A program made the position numbers and the translations under genes. A DNA stretch of 51,143 bases from Bacteroidota bacterium (lineage in GTDB: Bacteria; Bacteroidota; Bacteroidia; Chitinophagales; Chitinophagaceae), in assembly GCA_023392575.1 (NCBI GenBank), contig JAEVYV010000319.1, positions 1 through 51,143 of the forward strand, in the 5' to 3' direction. Shown one piece after another: positions 1 to 9,012 of the stretch. The stretch's first letter is position 1. Each line of letters begins with the position of its first letter. The notes below the pieces were generated by a model. That model ran no database searches. It saw nothing but the letters and a program-made list of their open reading frames with translations, and was not told the origin of the DNA.

Positions 1-214
1 AGCCTGCAGTGGGCTGACCCAAGACAAGGGTCGGCCCACTGCAGGCAGCAATGAGCTGACTGCAGACAAGGAGTAGGCGAATCAAGGCTTGGGTCAGCTC
101 ACTTCAGGCTGCAGTGGGTAAAAACCAGGCTTGTTTCGCCTCTTCCCTGTCTGGTTTTCACTCATCGCTGTCTGTAGTCGGCTCTTGCTTGTCTGCTTTT
201 TGCTCCCATCCGGC
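1..214. repeat. Degenerate 21-nt-period tandem array (about 10 units, runs off the left edge)
   Basis: Units 6-26 gcagtgggctgacccaagaca, 27-47, 48-68, 69-89, 90-110 and 111-131 all end in agaca/aggca/aggct. tgtct recurs in the same register at 148, 169 and 190. Bases 2-20 and 28-46 form a 19-bp inverted repeat with one mismatch. Confidence 0.7.
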
Positions 215-378
215 GCTCCTCCTCTTAGCGAAACGATCTTAATAGCCTCCTCTGCCAACGGGCCCCGCAGAAAGAGTTATTCAGATCGAAACTATAGCGG
301 GAGGCTTGTCGGGAAAGAACAGACTACGGATAGCCGATCTTGCAGGCTCAGGTCAACAACGTTGGTTTCGGCTCGTAA

Positions 379-483
379 TGAATAGTGGCGTTGTAGAAAT
401 ACAATTCGTTTTGAAGCATGCGATACTATAATAAGCATTGGCTGTTAGAAAGTAAAGCGGCTTGTGAAGACACAAGCCGTGGC
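379..483 (+). repeat. ~105-bp dispersed repeat, copy 1, ending in type-B hairpin cggcttgtg-aaga-cacaagccg (458-479)
   Basis: Aligns without gaps to 6240-6344. The hairpin also matches the one at 8921-8942 next to the RAYT. Confidence 0.8.
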
Positions 484-964
484 AGTGGAGAAGCGCTTGT
501 CTGCAGAGAGATTCATGCGATGGATGGTTTCTGGCTGTCATCTTAATGGAATGAATGGTTTTTGGGTTTAATTTCCTGACCGGGCTTATTCAGAAAACCA
601 GGACAATAGTTCTGTCTCTCGTTAGATATAGTAAAGCTAATAGTATTCGTTGCGTGTTTTTATTGATTATTGGGTTGCGATGTATTTGGGATGGGTTGTT
701 TTAAAGGATAACCATTTGCGATTTTCTGCCAGAAGATAATGCAATGAAAACTCCCGAGTTCGCTGCAGGGCTCCTGTAAAAGCTGCCCCGGGGGCGGAGC
801 AGACAGAAAGGATAATTAATTTTATGCGGTGTGTAGTCTCAAAACAAGTTTCCACCGAGTCCTTCAGAGTCTCGGCTGGAAAGGAAACCGATTTTTTATG
901 GTTTTAGCTATGCGGAAAGTTTCGACAGAAAATAACAGAACTGAAAAATTAAGGGTAGTCGGGT

Positions 965-2392
965 TTAATTCAACAAACCCGAGGCGCCCGAATAATCAGC
1001 GGTTGTTGGAGAAGTGACAATCAACGGACTGGAGGTCATTAAACCACCGGGAACAGCAAATTTCCACTTTTCGGTACCTGTTACGGCATCAAAGGCATAG
1101 AAGTATCCGGTGCCGCCTCCGCCAACGTAAACAATACCATTTGAGACTGCAGGGCTGGCGCTGTTTGCCAGCACTCTTTTTGTCCACAAGGTAGTTCCTG
1201 TGGCGGCGTCCAATGCATGAAGGTTCAAATCGTCGGCAGTGATGTAAAGACGTCCGTTAACAACACAGGGGCTGGATGAGATGCCGGTATTTTGCAGTTT
1301 CTCCCAAACCAGTTGCCCGGTGTTTGCATCCACAGCAAACAAACTTCCTTTCTGCGAAAAATTGGAGACGTTATACCAGGATCCAATATACACAATGCCA
1401 TTAGCTACTGTGGGGCTTGATTGTTCCAGTGAAATGCCGCCCGCAAAAAATCGCCATTTTTGACTACCGGTAAGGGCATTAATGGCATAGAGGTATCCGT
1501 CGCGGCTGCCTACATAAACAACTCCGTTTACAAGAGCAGGCCCCGATTGGTTGATCATGGCACCGGTAGCAAACTTCCATTTAAGGGTACCGGTAGCGCT
1601 ATCCAATGCATACAGGTTGTTATCGGAACTGCCAAAATATACCGTGCCGTGGCCTACGGTCGGACTGGCACTAATATTAGAACCGGTGTTGAAACGCCAT
1701 TTCACTATTCCCGTAGCTGCATCAATGGCTGCCAGATAATCATCGTTACACCCTACATATACTGTTCCGTTTACCACCACGGCATCGGACTCAATGCCGG
1801 TTGTGCCCAGGCCGGTCCTCCATTTTATTTGTCCGGTTGTAGCATTAAAAGCATAGACATAATTGTCAATGCCGCCGACATAAACGGTGTTGTTTTCAAA
1901 TGTCGGACTGGAATAAGCAAAGCTTGCCGTGCTGTTGAACTTCCACAGAAGTGTCCCGGCATCGGCGTTGAGGGCATAAAAGTGATTGTTGCTGCTGCCA
2001 AAATATATGATTGCGGAAGTGTTGGTTGAAGAAACAGTTACGGTGTATTTTATCGATGAACCGTCTGCAGCGGTTACTGTGTAAACAACTGGGCGTGTAA
2101 AATCCTGAGGAAGGCCGCTGGCGGGTGAAATGCTTTTTCCTTTGATGGCGATCTCCGGCGTGAGCCCGTTTCTCTCAGTATTTGGCGGCAGCGTAATATT
2201 GATGGAGTCGTTCTTTATTACGACTGTTACGTCAGACAGTTGTAAGTACGTACCATCGGCCTGCTTGAGTGCAAAAGAGACAATTTCTTTCGTTGTATCG
2301 GAAGGCAGGTTCGACTTTACACAACCGGAAAACAGGAGGATAAAAAAACACAAGCAGCCAAAAAGTTTGTTTCGAAGAAGCAGTCGTTTCAT
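965..2392 (-). CDS. Lipoprotein with N-terminal Ig-like domain and PQQ-like (BamB-type) beta-propeller repeats
   Basis: Lipobox-like LFSGC. Repeated SSPTV.NG.VY.GS.D..LYA.DA.TG..KW motifs. Confidence 0.85.
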   Translation of the reverse strand: MKRLLLRNKLFGCLCFFILLFSGCVKSNLPSDTTKEIVSFALKQADGTYLQLSDVTVVIKNDSINITLPPNTERNGLTPEIAIKGKSISPASGLPQDFTRPVVYTVTAADGSSIKYTVTVSSTNTSAIIYFGSSNNHFYALNADAGTLLWKFNSTASFAYSSPTFENNTVYVGGIDNYVYAFNATTGQIKWRTGLGTTGIESDAVVVNGTVYVGCNDDYLAAIDAATGIVKWRFNTGSNISASPTVGHGTVYFGSSDNNLYALDSATGTLKWKFATGAMINQSGPALVNGVVYVGSRDGYLYAINALTGSQKWRFFAGGISLEQSSPTVANGIVYIGSWYNVSNFSQKGSLFAVDANTGQLVWEKLQNTGISSSPCVVNGRLYITADDLNLHALDAATGTTLWTKRVLANSASPAVSNGIVYVGGGGTGYFYAFDAVTGTEKWKFAVPGGLMTSSPLIVTSPTTADYSGASGLLN

Positions 2393-2765
2393 GAAACAAT
2401 AATAGAAAGGATTGACGAGAAATCTTAGTTTTTGAAAGCAAACATTTCAGCAGCCTTGGTTTTGGGAGAAACGGGTGGTAAGTAATGAAATATGAATTGG
2501 GGAACTGAGACAAAAGTTCAGCGATAGTGAGCAAAAAATTCCAGAATCTTAACCGGCCCGTTCAATGCTAACTGCGCGGCTTATGTCTTTACAGGCCGTA
2601 GTTAAAATGAATACCTTGTATGGCTGCGTTTGACGGACCTGTCGCAAACCCAGGCGGCCGGTTTGATAGACAAAAAAAGGTGCATTCGTCGTCAGCTATG
2701 GAGTTCACCATTTTTTAAAGATCATCTTATTCATCGTTTGCACTATTTTTAGCCAAATCAAATTG

Positions 2766-4004
2766 ATGCGGAAAAAAATTGCTTCTCTTTTGTTGCTTTC
2801 CTTTTTTTTCACTTTGGTGTTGCAAGCGCAACAAAGAACACAAAAGGAAAATCTGACCAAAACAGTTGACAGCATCCTCCGGGGTGCGGTAGATAGCGGC
2901 CTGATTCCCGGGGCGGTTATCGAGATAAAAAAAGGCAACCAGGTTATTTGCAAAAAGGCTTTTGGTTTTGCTGAACGAAATGATGATCAGAACAAGCTCC
3001 TGGCTCATCCCGTGCCCATGACAACCGGTCATCTTTTTGACATTGCTTCTCTTACCAAAGTAGCAGGCACAACCACTGCTGTCATGCTGCTGGTTGACCG
3101 CGGGCTTATCAAAGTAGATGACCCGGTTGGTAAATACATTCCTGCATTTGATACCGGGGATAAAAAACAAATTACTATTCGTCACCTGCTTAACCATACT
3201 TCTGGATTGATTACCTGGTACCCGTTGTTTTACCGGGCTCAGAATAAACAGGAAGTATATAAACTGATTGATGAATTGCCGCTTGCCTTTCCGGTAGGAA
3301 AATCGCGGCACTACAGCGACCTCGGTTTTATTCTTTTAGGCGAGATCATAGAAAAAGTTTCGGGCATGCCGCTGGACCAGTTTATGCAAAAAAATATTTT
3401 CATCCCGCTGGGCATGCGTCATACGGGTTATAACCCGCTTGCCGGCGGCTTTACAAAATTTGCAGCCACCTCTCATGGCAATCCGTACGAGACCCGGATG
3501 GTGCACGATCCCTCACTTGGGTATGTATTTAAAGAAATAGATCCGGCCCAATGGAATGGCTGGCGCACCTATACGCTGCGGGGCGAAGTAAACGACGGCA
3601 ATGCCTGGTATGCGCTGCAAGGGGTAAGCGGGCATGCCGGTTTGTTTTCTACTATTGATGACTTGCAAAAGCTGGTTGACATGCTGAAGAACCGGGGCAA
3701 AGTACAAGGAAGGCGATTCATTTCTGAAAAAACCATAGAGCTGTTTTTAACACAGGATGAATTTAAAAATGGCCTTGGCTGGATGATGGATCCCGGTGAT
3801 TCCTATATGAAAGGCGGTCCTGCTGGAACGTTTGGGCATACCGGGTTTACCGGGACAAGCATTGCGGTGGTGCCTTCCCTGAACCTCTCCGTTATCTTGC
3901 TGATCAATCGCCAGAACATGGGGTTATTGCCTACCAGCTATTATTACAATCCCAACCCGCTTCGAAAGGCCATCTTCGAGGCCGCGTTGGCAGATTATAA
4001 ATAA
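2766..4004 (+). CDS. Secreted serine hydrolase, beta-lactamase class C / penicillin-binding family
   Basis: Signal peptide; catalytic SLTK; LLNHTSG; YSD; GHTGFTG. Confidence 0.9.
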   Translation: MRKKIASLLLLSFFFTLVLQAQQRTQKENLTKTVDSILRGAVDSGLIPGAVIEIKKGNQVICKKAFGFAERNDDQNKLLAHPVPMTTGHLFDIASLTKVAGTTTAVMLLVDRGLIKVDDPVGKYIPAFDTGDKKQITIRHLLNHTSGLITWYPLFYRAQNKQEVYKLIDELPLAFPVGKSRHYSDLGFILLGEIIEKVSGMPLDQFMQKNIFIPLGMRHTGYNPLAGGFTKFAATSHGNPYETRMVHDPSLGYVFKEIDPAQWNGWRTYTLRGEVNDGNAWYALQGVSGHAGLFSTIDDLQKLVDMLKNRGKVQGRRFISEKTIELFLTQDEFKNGLGWMMDPGDSYMKGGPAGTFGHTGFTGTSIAVVPSLNLSVILLINRQNMGLLPTSYYYNPNPLRKAIFEAALADYK

Positions 4005-4062
4005 ATAGAGAGGGATCGTTGTTCTCTAATTATAACACTGAAAGACTATGGGTAGCCGTGAC

Positions 4063-4078
4063 TGGCAGAATCTTTGCA
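4063..4078 (+). promoter_or_regulatory. Putative sigma54 -24/-12 promoter for the SYLF/YSC84 gene
   Basis: TGGCAGAATCTTTGCA has exact GG-N10-GC spacing, about 50 nt upstream of the ATG at 4130. Confidence 0.55.
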
Positions 4079-4129
4079 AGTAAGAATTGGCAACGAATAT
4101 TGCCAAACAGATCAATTTAAAAGACAACT

Positions 4130-4678
4130 ATGAAAAAGAACAACATCTTCCGCATGACGGCAACCTCCCTCTTATTGATAGGATTATTGGTTTCCCTTCC
4201 CGCTTTTTCGCAGAATTCAAAGGAAAAAGACCTGATTGCAGACAGCAAGAAGGCCAAAGCTGAGTTTATCAAAGGCGACAGCCTGATGGAAAGTCTGTTT
4301 GCCAACTCCCATGCCTACGTTATTTTTCCCAATATAGGGAAAGGCGCTATTGGCGTAGGCGGCGCGGCGGGCAACGGAATTGTTTTTCAGAAAGGAAGCC
4401 CGATTGGAAGTGCAAAGATGAAACAGGTGAGCGTTGGTTTTCAGTTTGGTGGCCAGGCCTATCGCGAGGTCATCTTTTTTGAGAACGAAGCCGCACTGGA
4501 TCGTTTTAAGCAAAACAAATTTGAATTTGCGGCCCAGGCTTCAGCGGTAGCGGTAACGAAAGGCGCTTCAACCAACGTTAAATACAGGGATGGCGTGATG
4601 GTGTTCACGCAGGAAAAAAAGGGCCTGATGTATGAGGCCTCTATCGGCGGACAAAAGTTTAGCTATAGTTCCTTTTGA
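4130..4678 (+). CDS. Secreted lipid-binding SYLF/YSC84-domain protein
   Basis: Signal peptide; IFPNIGKGAIGVGGAAG, SVGFQFGGQ and GLMYEASIGGQKF motifs. Confidence 0.85.
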   Translation: MKKNNIFRMTATSLLLIGLLVSLPAFSQNSKEKDLIADSKKAKAEFIKGDSLMESLFANSHAYVIFPNIGKGAIGVGGAAGNGIVFQKGSPIGSAKMKQVSVGFQFGGQAYREVIFFENEAALDRFKQNKFEFAAQASAVAVTKGASTNVKYRDGVMVFTQEKKGLMYEASIGGQKFSYSSF

Positions 4679-4704
4679 CGAGGCGGCCGGCATTGTAAAC
4701 TTTA

Positions 4705-4733
4705 ACGGGCCTGAGTCACAGACTCAGGCCAAC
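4705..4733 (+). repeat. REP type-A hairpin ggcctgagtc-aca-gactcaggcc-aac
   Basis: Perfect 10-bp stem (4708-4730) between convergent genes; same sequence as 7189-7211. Confidence 0.9.
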
Positions 4734-4753
4734 ATAGGGCTTGCCTGCATCCG

Positions 4754-5971
4754 TTAGTCTTCATAAAGCAAATACTTCTTCCGCATTTTCTTATATTCAC
4801 TCAGGCCGGGTTCCCAGCTATCGCGGATTTCTTTTTCCGATTTGCCATCTATGATCTGCTGCCGGAACAAAGCCGAGCCCACCAGCTTTTCAATCACACC
4901 CATTTCTTTACTCAATTTCGAATTAAAGAATTGTTCTTTGTTGGGTGATGCCCTGTACAGTTCCATCATCCATTGCAGGTTGATCTGTTTCTTTTTACGC
5001 AGTTGCTGCACATCATAGTTGCGTAAATCAATACCATAACAAAGCTGGTCCATAAAAAGCGGTGTCTCCGCCATGCCTTTAATACTGTTTGGGGTGAAGG
5101 AGAATTCATATTTTCCTTCCAGGTAGGGACTGCCAATAACAGTAAAAGGAAAATAAGTGCCGCGGCCATGATTAAGATAGGTGCCTTCAAACAAACAGGT
5201 GGAAGGATACAGAAGAATGGCCTGTTGCGTATTTAAGTTGGGCGAGGGGGGGACCGGTGCCACATAAGGCATGCTGTGGCTGTAATGGGCAAGCTTACTG
5301 ATTTTTACCTTGCATTTTCCTTTGTTTGCCAGCCATCCTTCGCCGTTAGCCATTAATGCAAATTCGCCAGCGGTCAATCCATGTGCTATGGGAATAGGAA
5401 ACATACCGATGCCCGATTTAAATTGCATATCCAGGATAGGGCCGTCAATTAAATAACCGTTGAGGTTTGGCCTGTCCAGTATCAAAAGCTCTTTATTGTT
5501 TTCGATGCAGACTTCCATTAAACGCGCCAGCACATTGAGATTGGTATAAAAACGGACACCTACGTTCTGCAGATCATAAATAAGAACGTCAACATCAGAG
5601 AGGTCTTCTTTGGTGGGTTTGTTTTTCTTGCCGTATAAAGAAATGATCGGTATTCCTGTAGCAGCATCTATTTCATCGGCTACGGTAACACCGGCACTTA
5701 CGTTGCCCCTGAAACCATGTTCCGGTCCAAACACTTTTACAATGTTGACGCCGCGTGATCTCAAACTGTCCACCAAATGTGTTTTTCCAATTACGGATGC
5801 CTGGTTGCCCAGTATGGCCACTCTTTTTCCCTTGAGATAGGGCAGGTAGTTTTCTGTTTGTTCGGCACCGGTTTTTAATTCGGGTTTACCGTGAAACGCT
5901 TCAGGGGTTACGTTTTTTTCAGGTGAAATGAAAACAAACCAAAGCAAAAATGATGTCACCAGGAATTTCAT
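4754..5971 (-). CDS. namZ: Exo-beta-N-acetylmuramidase NamZ family (DUF1343)
   Basis: FGPEHGFRG, SLYG, YDLQNVGVRFYT, LDRPN and PPSPNL motifs. Start placed at MKFLV (signal peptide) rather than the ORF-track start 6052. Confidence 0.85.
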   Translation of the reverse strand: MKFLVTSFLLWFVFISPEKNVTPEAFHGKPELKTGAEQTENYLPYLKGKRVAILGNQASVIGKTHLVDSLRSRGVNIVKVFGPEHGFRGNVSAGVTVADEIDAATGIPIISLYGKKNKPTKEDLSDVDVLIYDLQNVGVRFYTNLNVLARLMEVCIENNKELLILDRPNLNGYLIDGPILDMQFKSGIGMFPIPIAHGLTAGEFALMANGEGWLANKGKCKVKISKLAHYSHSMPYVAPVPPSPNLNTQQAILLYPSTCLFEGTYLNHGRGTYFPFTVIGSPYLEGKYEFSFTPNSIKGMAETPLFMDQLCYGIDLRNYDVQQLRKKKQINLQWMMELYRASPNKEQFFNSKLSKEMGVIEKLVGSALFRQQIIDGKSEKEIRDSWEPGLSEYKKMRKKYLLYED

Positions 5972-6239
5972 GATCTGTTGTTTATTTAGTTTACAATTGC
6001 CGGTAAAGAGACCGTATTGAATTGTATGTGAAAATAGGAATGAAGCAGGCAAGTAAAGAAAACAAAGTTTTGCAATGATAGCCTGGGAGCTTGTGAAAGG
6101 GTGGAAGTACGCGGCTAGCTTGCGGCTTATCAGGACACAAGCTTTGGCTGAAAAGCCAGGTAATTTTTCCAGCCATGCGAGGAAAACTATGAATAGAAGA
6201 GCCTCTATATTGAAATCTTTTAGTAGCAGTTGCCATTGG

Positions 6240-6344
6240 TGAATCGTGGCCGTGTAGAAGTATAGCCCGTTTTGAAGTATGTTATACTAAAATAAGTATA
6301 GCTCGTTAGGAAGTAAAACGGCTTGTGAGGACACAAGCCGTGGC
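6240..6344 (+). repeat. ~105-bp dispersed repeat, copy 2, with type-B hairpin acggcttgtg-agga-cacaagccgt (6318-6341)
   Basis: Direct repeat of 379-483. A further degenerate type-B hairpin lies at 6123-6144. Confidence 0.8.
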
Positions 6345-6388
6345 GGAAAGAAGAATTATCGACAGCATTAGCCTTTTGAGTTATTGCA

Positions 6389-6805
6389 TCATTTTTCACA
6401 CAGCAGCATCCACGAAGTTCCAAACCTGTCACGCAACATGGCAAAGCGGGAAGCAAAAAAGGTTTCTTCCATTTTCATAAAAATCTCGCCGCCTTCACAA
6501 AGAACATGATAAACCCGGTCTGCTTCCGCCGCCGTGTCAAACCGTAAGGTGAGGTAGGCGCTTCGCATAGGCTCTGCACCGGGAATATCAGCTCCCATCA
6601 ACAGGGTATTACCTATTTCCATTCTTGCATGAAGGACGGCGTTCTTCCAGTTCTCCGGGATATTAGGATTGGGTGGGGCTTCACTATGTTTCATCATCGA
6701 AATGATGCTGCCGCCAACATGCTGCTCATAAAACCGGAAGGCTTCTTCGCAATGACCGGGATAGTTGACATAGACGCCAAGCTTTGCCGAATTTTGTTTG
6801 GTCAT
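6389..6805 (-). CDS. VOC/glyoxalase family protein (PhnB-like)
   Basis: CEEAFRFY, VLHARM, LMGAD and DRFGTSW motifs. Confidence 0.85.
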   Translation of the reverse strand: MTKQNSAKLGVYVNYPGHCEEAFRFYEQHVGGSIISMMKHSEAPPNPNIPENWKNAVLHARMEIGNTLLMGADIPGAEPMRSAYLTLRFDTAAEADRVYHVLCEGGEIFMKMEETFFASRFAMLRDRFGTSWMLLCEK

Positions 6806-6941
6806 GTGTTTTATTTGAGTGGTGGTTAGATTGTTGGTATAAAGTTGAGCGTATTTATTTTATTTGAGCAGGTGTGATAGCGGCAAGATTCAGTGGTAAT
6901 TGCGGCAAATTCTGGAGCAGAAGTGGCAGGTAAATGAAATA

Positions 6942-6967
6942 GGCCTGAGCCGCAGGCTCAGGCCAGC
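6942..6967 (+). repeat. REP type-A hairpin variant ggcctgagcc-gca-ggctcaggcc-agc
   Basis: Perfect stem with a compensatory T-A to C-G pair change relative to 4708-4730. Confidence 0.9.
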
Positions 6968-7050
6968 AATTCAATAGTTTTTATTTGTACTACCGGTTGT
7001 TAGAAGCAAGGTTGAGACAAGAACACTTCGCACAGCTAGGGAAATCCCGG

Positions 7051-7134
7051 TTTCCTGCCGCGAAAAGGGGCTTGCTTGTGAAGAAAAGTGGTTTTCCTGC
7101 CAGGCAAAGGTGATTGCTTGTGAAGAAAAGAGGG
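7051..7134. repeat. 21-nt-period ABAB tandem repeat
   Basis: tttcctgcc at 7051 and 7093; ttgcttgtgaagaaaag at 7072 and 7114. Confidence 0.75.
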
Positions 7135-7184
7135 TGGAGGGTTGTGGAAGGTTTATGGATGATGCCGGAAGCTACGATGGTTTT

Positions 7185-7214
7185 GACGGGCCTGAGTCAC
7201 AGACTCAGGCCAGC
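7185..7214 (+). repeat. REP type-A hairpin with GACG foot
   Basis: gacg-ggcctgagtc-aca-gactcaggcc-agc. Confidence 0.9.
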
Positions 7215-7255
7215 TCGTTTATAGTTTGGAGAACACTATGCATAGTAAGCTCATT

Positions 7256-7387
7256 GCAACGTGCAGCCAGTAAAGAATGATGGTAGTTTAAGGCTGGTTT
7301 TCGTTTGCAACGAAAGCCCGTCCTTCTAACGGATCACAGACTCAGGCCAACAGATGAAGATTTTTGTTTGAGAAGACTACGGATAGC
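7256..7387. repeat. Composite repeat: 74-bp copy of the RAYT upstream region, a half REP, and a 22-nt tail motif
   Basis: 7256-7329 matches 9610-9683 (5 mismatches by my count). 7331-7350 and 7366-7387 are exact reverse complements of 8871-8890 and 8839-8860. Confidence 0.85.
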
Positions 7388-7485
7388 TTGGGGTTAACAA
7401 CCAAGTGTCGTTACTTAAAGTTAATCCCTACTGTCAGATTAAATATTGACTTCTACAATTCATTCTTATTGAAATGAACGATGTA

Positions 7486-8619
7486 CTAGTGCGCCAGTCT
7501 TTTTTCGAGCGTTTCGAATAATTTACTCAAATCACCATCCTTATCTTCTTGGTTATAGTAGACGATCTTACCGGCTTTGTCAATTAGAAGGACTATGGGA
7601 ATAGCCCTCATGCCTCCATAATTATTGATTAACTCCATGTCGTTATATATATTCGTCCATGTTGCTTCTTGCTCATGGAGAACCTTTTTAACCTCCGCAA
7701 TATGAGTAGGATAGGCTACGGAAATCACCTCAAGATCGTCAGCATATTTGCTATGTAGACTTTTTAACAAGGGCATTTCCTCAATACAAGGTCCGCACCA
7801 GGTTGCCCAAAAACTAAGGAGAACGTACTTTTTGTCCCTGAAAGAATACAGGTCAATAACTTTTCCATTAAGATCTTTAGAAACAAATTGAGGTGCCTGG
7901 CTGCCTATTTTTTGATTCAGCTTCCCGACTAAAAGGTTTCTGTAGATCTTACCTTCTGTGCTATTTTTAATCTTTTCAGGGAAAGTTGTATCAAAGGTTT
8001 TCAAAATGGAATCTACTGATAACCCTGAAAAACCTGCATTACTCTTAAAATCCCAAAAACTGTAATAAGAATCATTATTTGATTTTACGTATTCAATACT
8101 TTTCAGGTAAATGTCATGTTCCAGTTTATAAAATGTTTTATTTAATTCCTGGTTGTTCTCTTCGAACATCTCTTTTCTATATTTATTAAAGAACTCCTCC
8201 GCTTTAGCAACTTCCTTAGCAACATAGTTATCCAATTTTATTTTTTCCGATGCAAAGTCATAAGCATTGGTTAACTTATACTTGTCAAAATTGAACGTTC
8301 CATCAGCATTCTTCGCAAAATCGATCCTTGCTTTTTTGTTCTTTAAGAAAAATATCTTTCTGTATGCTTTATTCTTTCCATCAGGATAACGTACAATAAT
8401 TGCAGCATACTTTGATTGATATTTACCGGTTAGTTCAACTTCACTGTTCCTTTTGGCATATTCAACAGGGACTCTTCCAAACCCACCATCAACTTCCAAC
8501 CTAAGCTTCTCGAAATCTATTGCTGTTGGAAAGGAGATTAAAACAGTAAACTCTTTTTGGGCATGCAGAGCAAAGGCGAAGGTTAAATGTAAGAATGCAG
8601 CTAAAAGGCATTTTTTCAT
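7486..8619 (-). CDS. Secreted TlpA/ResA-like thiol-disulfide oxidoreductase with a long N-terminal domain
   Basis: FWATWCGPC motif and cis-Pro region AIP. Start placed at MKKCLL (signal peptide ending LHA-Q). Visibly AT-rich. Confidence 0.85.
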   Translation of the reverse strand: MKKCLLAAFLHLTFAFALHAQKEFTVLISFPTAIDFEKLRLEVDGGFGRVPVEYAKRNSEVELTGKYQSKYAAIIVRYPDGKNKAYRKIFFLKNKKARIDFAKNADGTFNFDKYKLTNAYDFASEKIKLDNYVAKEVAKAEEFFNKYRKEMFEENNQELNKTFYKLEHDIYLKSIEYVKSNNDSYYSFWDFKSNAGFSGLSVDSILKTFDTTFPEKIKNSTEGKIYRNLLVGKLNQKIGSQAPQFVSKDLNGKVIDLYSFRDKKYVLLSFWATWCGPCIEEMPLLKSLHSKYADDLEVISVAYPTHIAEVKKVLHEQEATWTNIYNDMELINNYGGMRAIPIVLLIDKAGKIVYYNQEDKDGDLSKLFETLEKRLAH

Positions 8620-8838
8620 ATGTATAAGTATTGAAAACATTACTGTCTGACTTTCTGTTAAGAGTTCTTGTAACCAACGATTAATCACCTTTTTCGGTAA
8701 ATTAATCTGGCATAAAAAAACTAATACCAGTACGCCAGACAATAGTGTTACAATTTACTGATTTAAACTGTTTTGCAATTACTCCAGCTAGCTCCTGACC
8801 TTTCGCAAGAACAAACACCAAATTGTACTTTACACCCC

Positions 8839-8983
8839 GCTATCCGTAGTCTTCTCAAACCATAAAACTCTTGGCCTGAGTCTGTGATCCAGGCCCGTCA
8901 ACAAAACTGTTTCACCACCACGGCTCGTGTCGTCACGAGCCGCTGTTCATCCGCTGCCGGCCTGGTTTGTAACCCGGGCCAAC
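8839..8983. repeat. REP cluster downstream of the RAYT: tail motif, type-A hairpin (8873-8895), type-B hairpin (8921-8942), variant hairpin (8959-8980)
   Basis: Three hairpins within 140 bp of the RAYT stop codon. Confidence 0.85.
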
Positions 8984-9012
8984 TTGATAACTTGCTATTC
9001 CGGATCTTCTTA

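Noticed and set aside
353..6456. Similar small ORFs 353-541 and 6220-6456 (HGLC.HKP.YFLT)
   Set aside because: The similarity comes from the shared 105-bp DNA repeat and its hairpin; their starts are unrelated and one overlaps the VOC gene.
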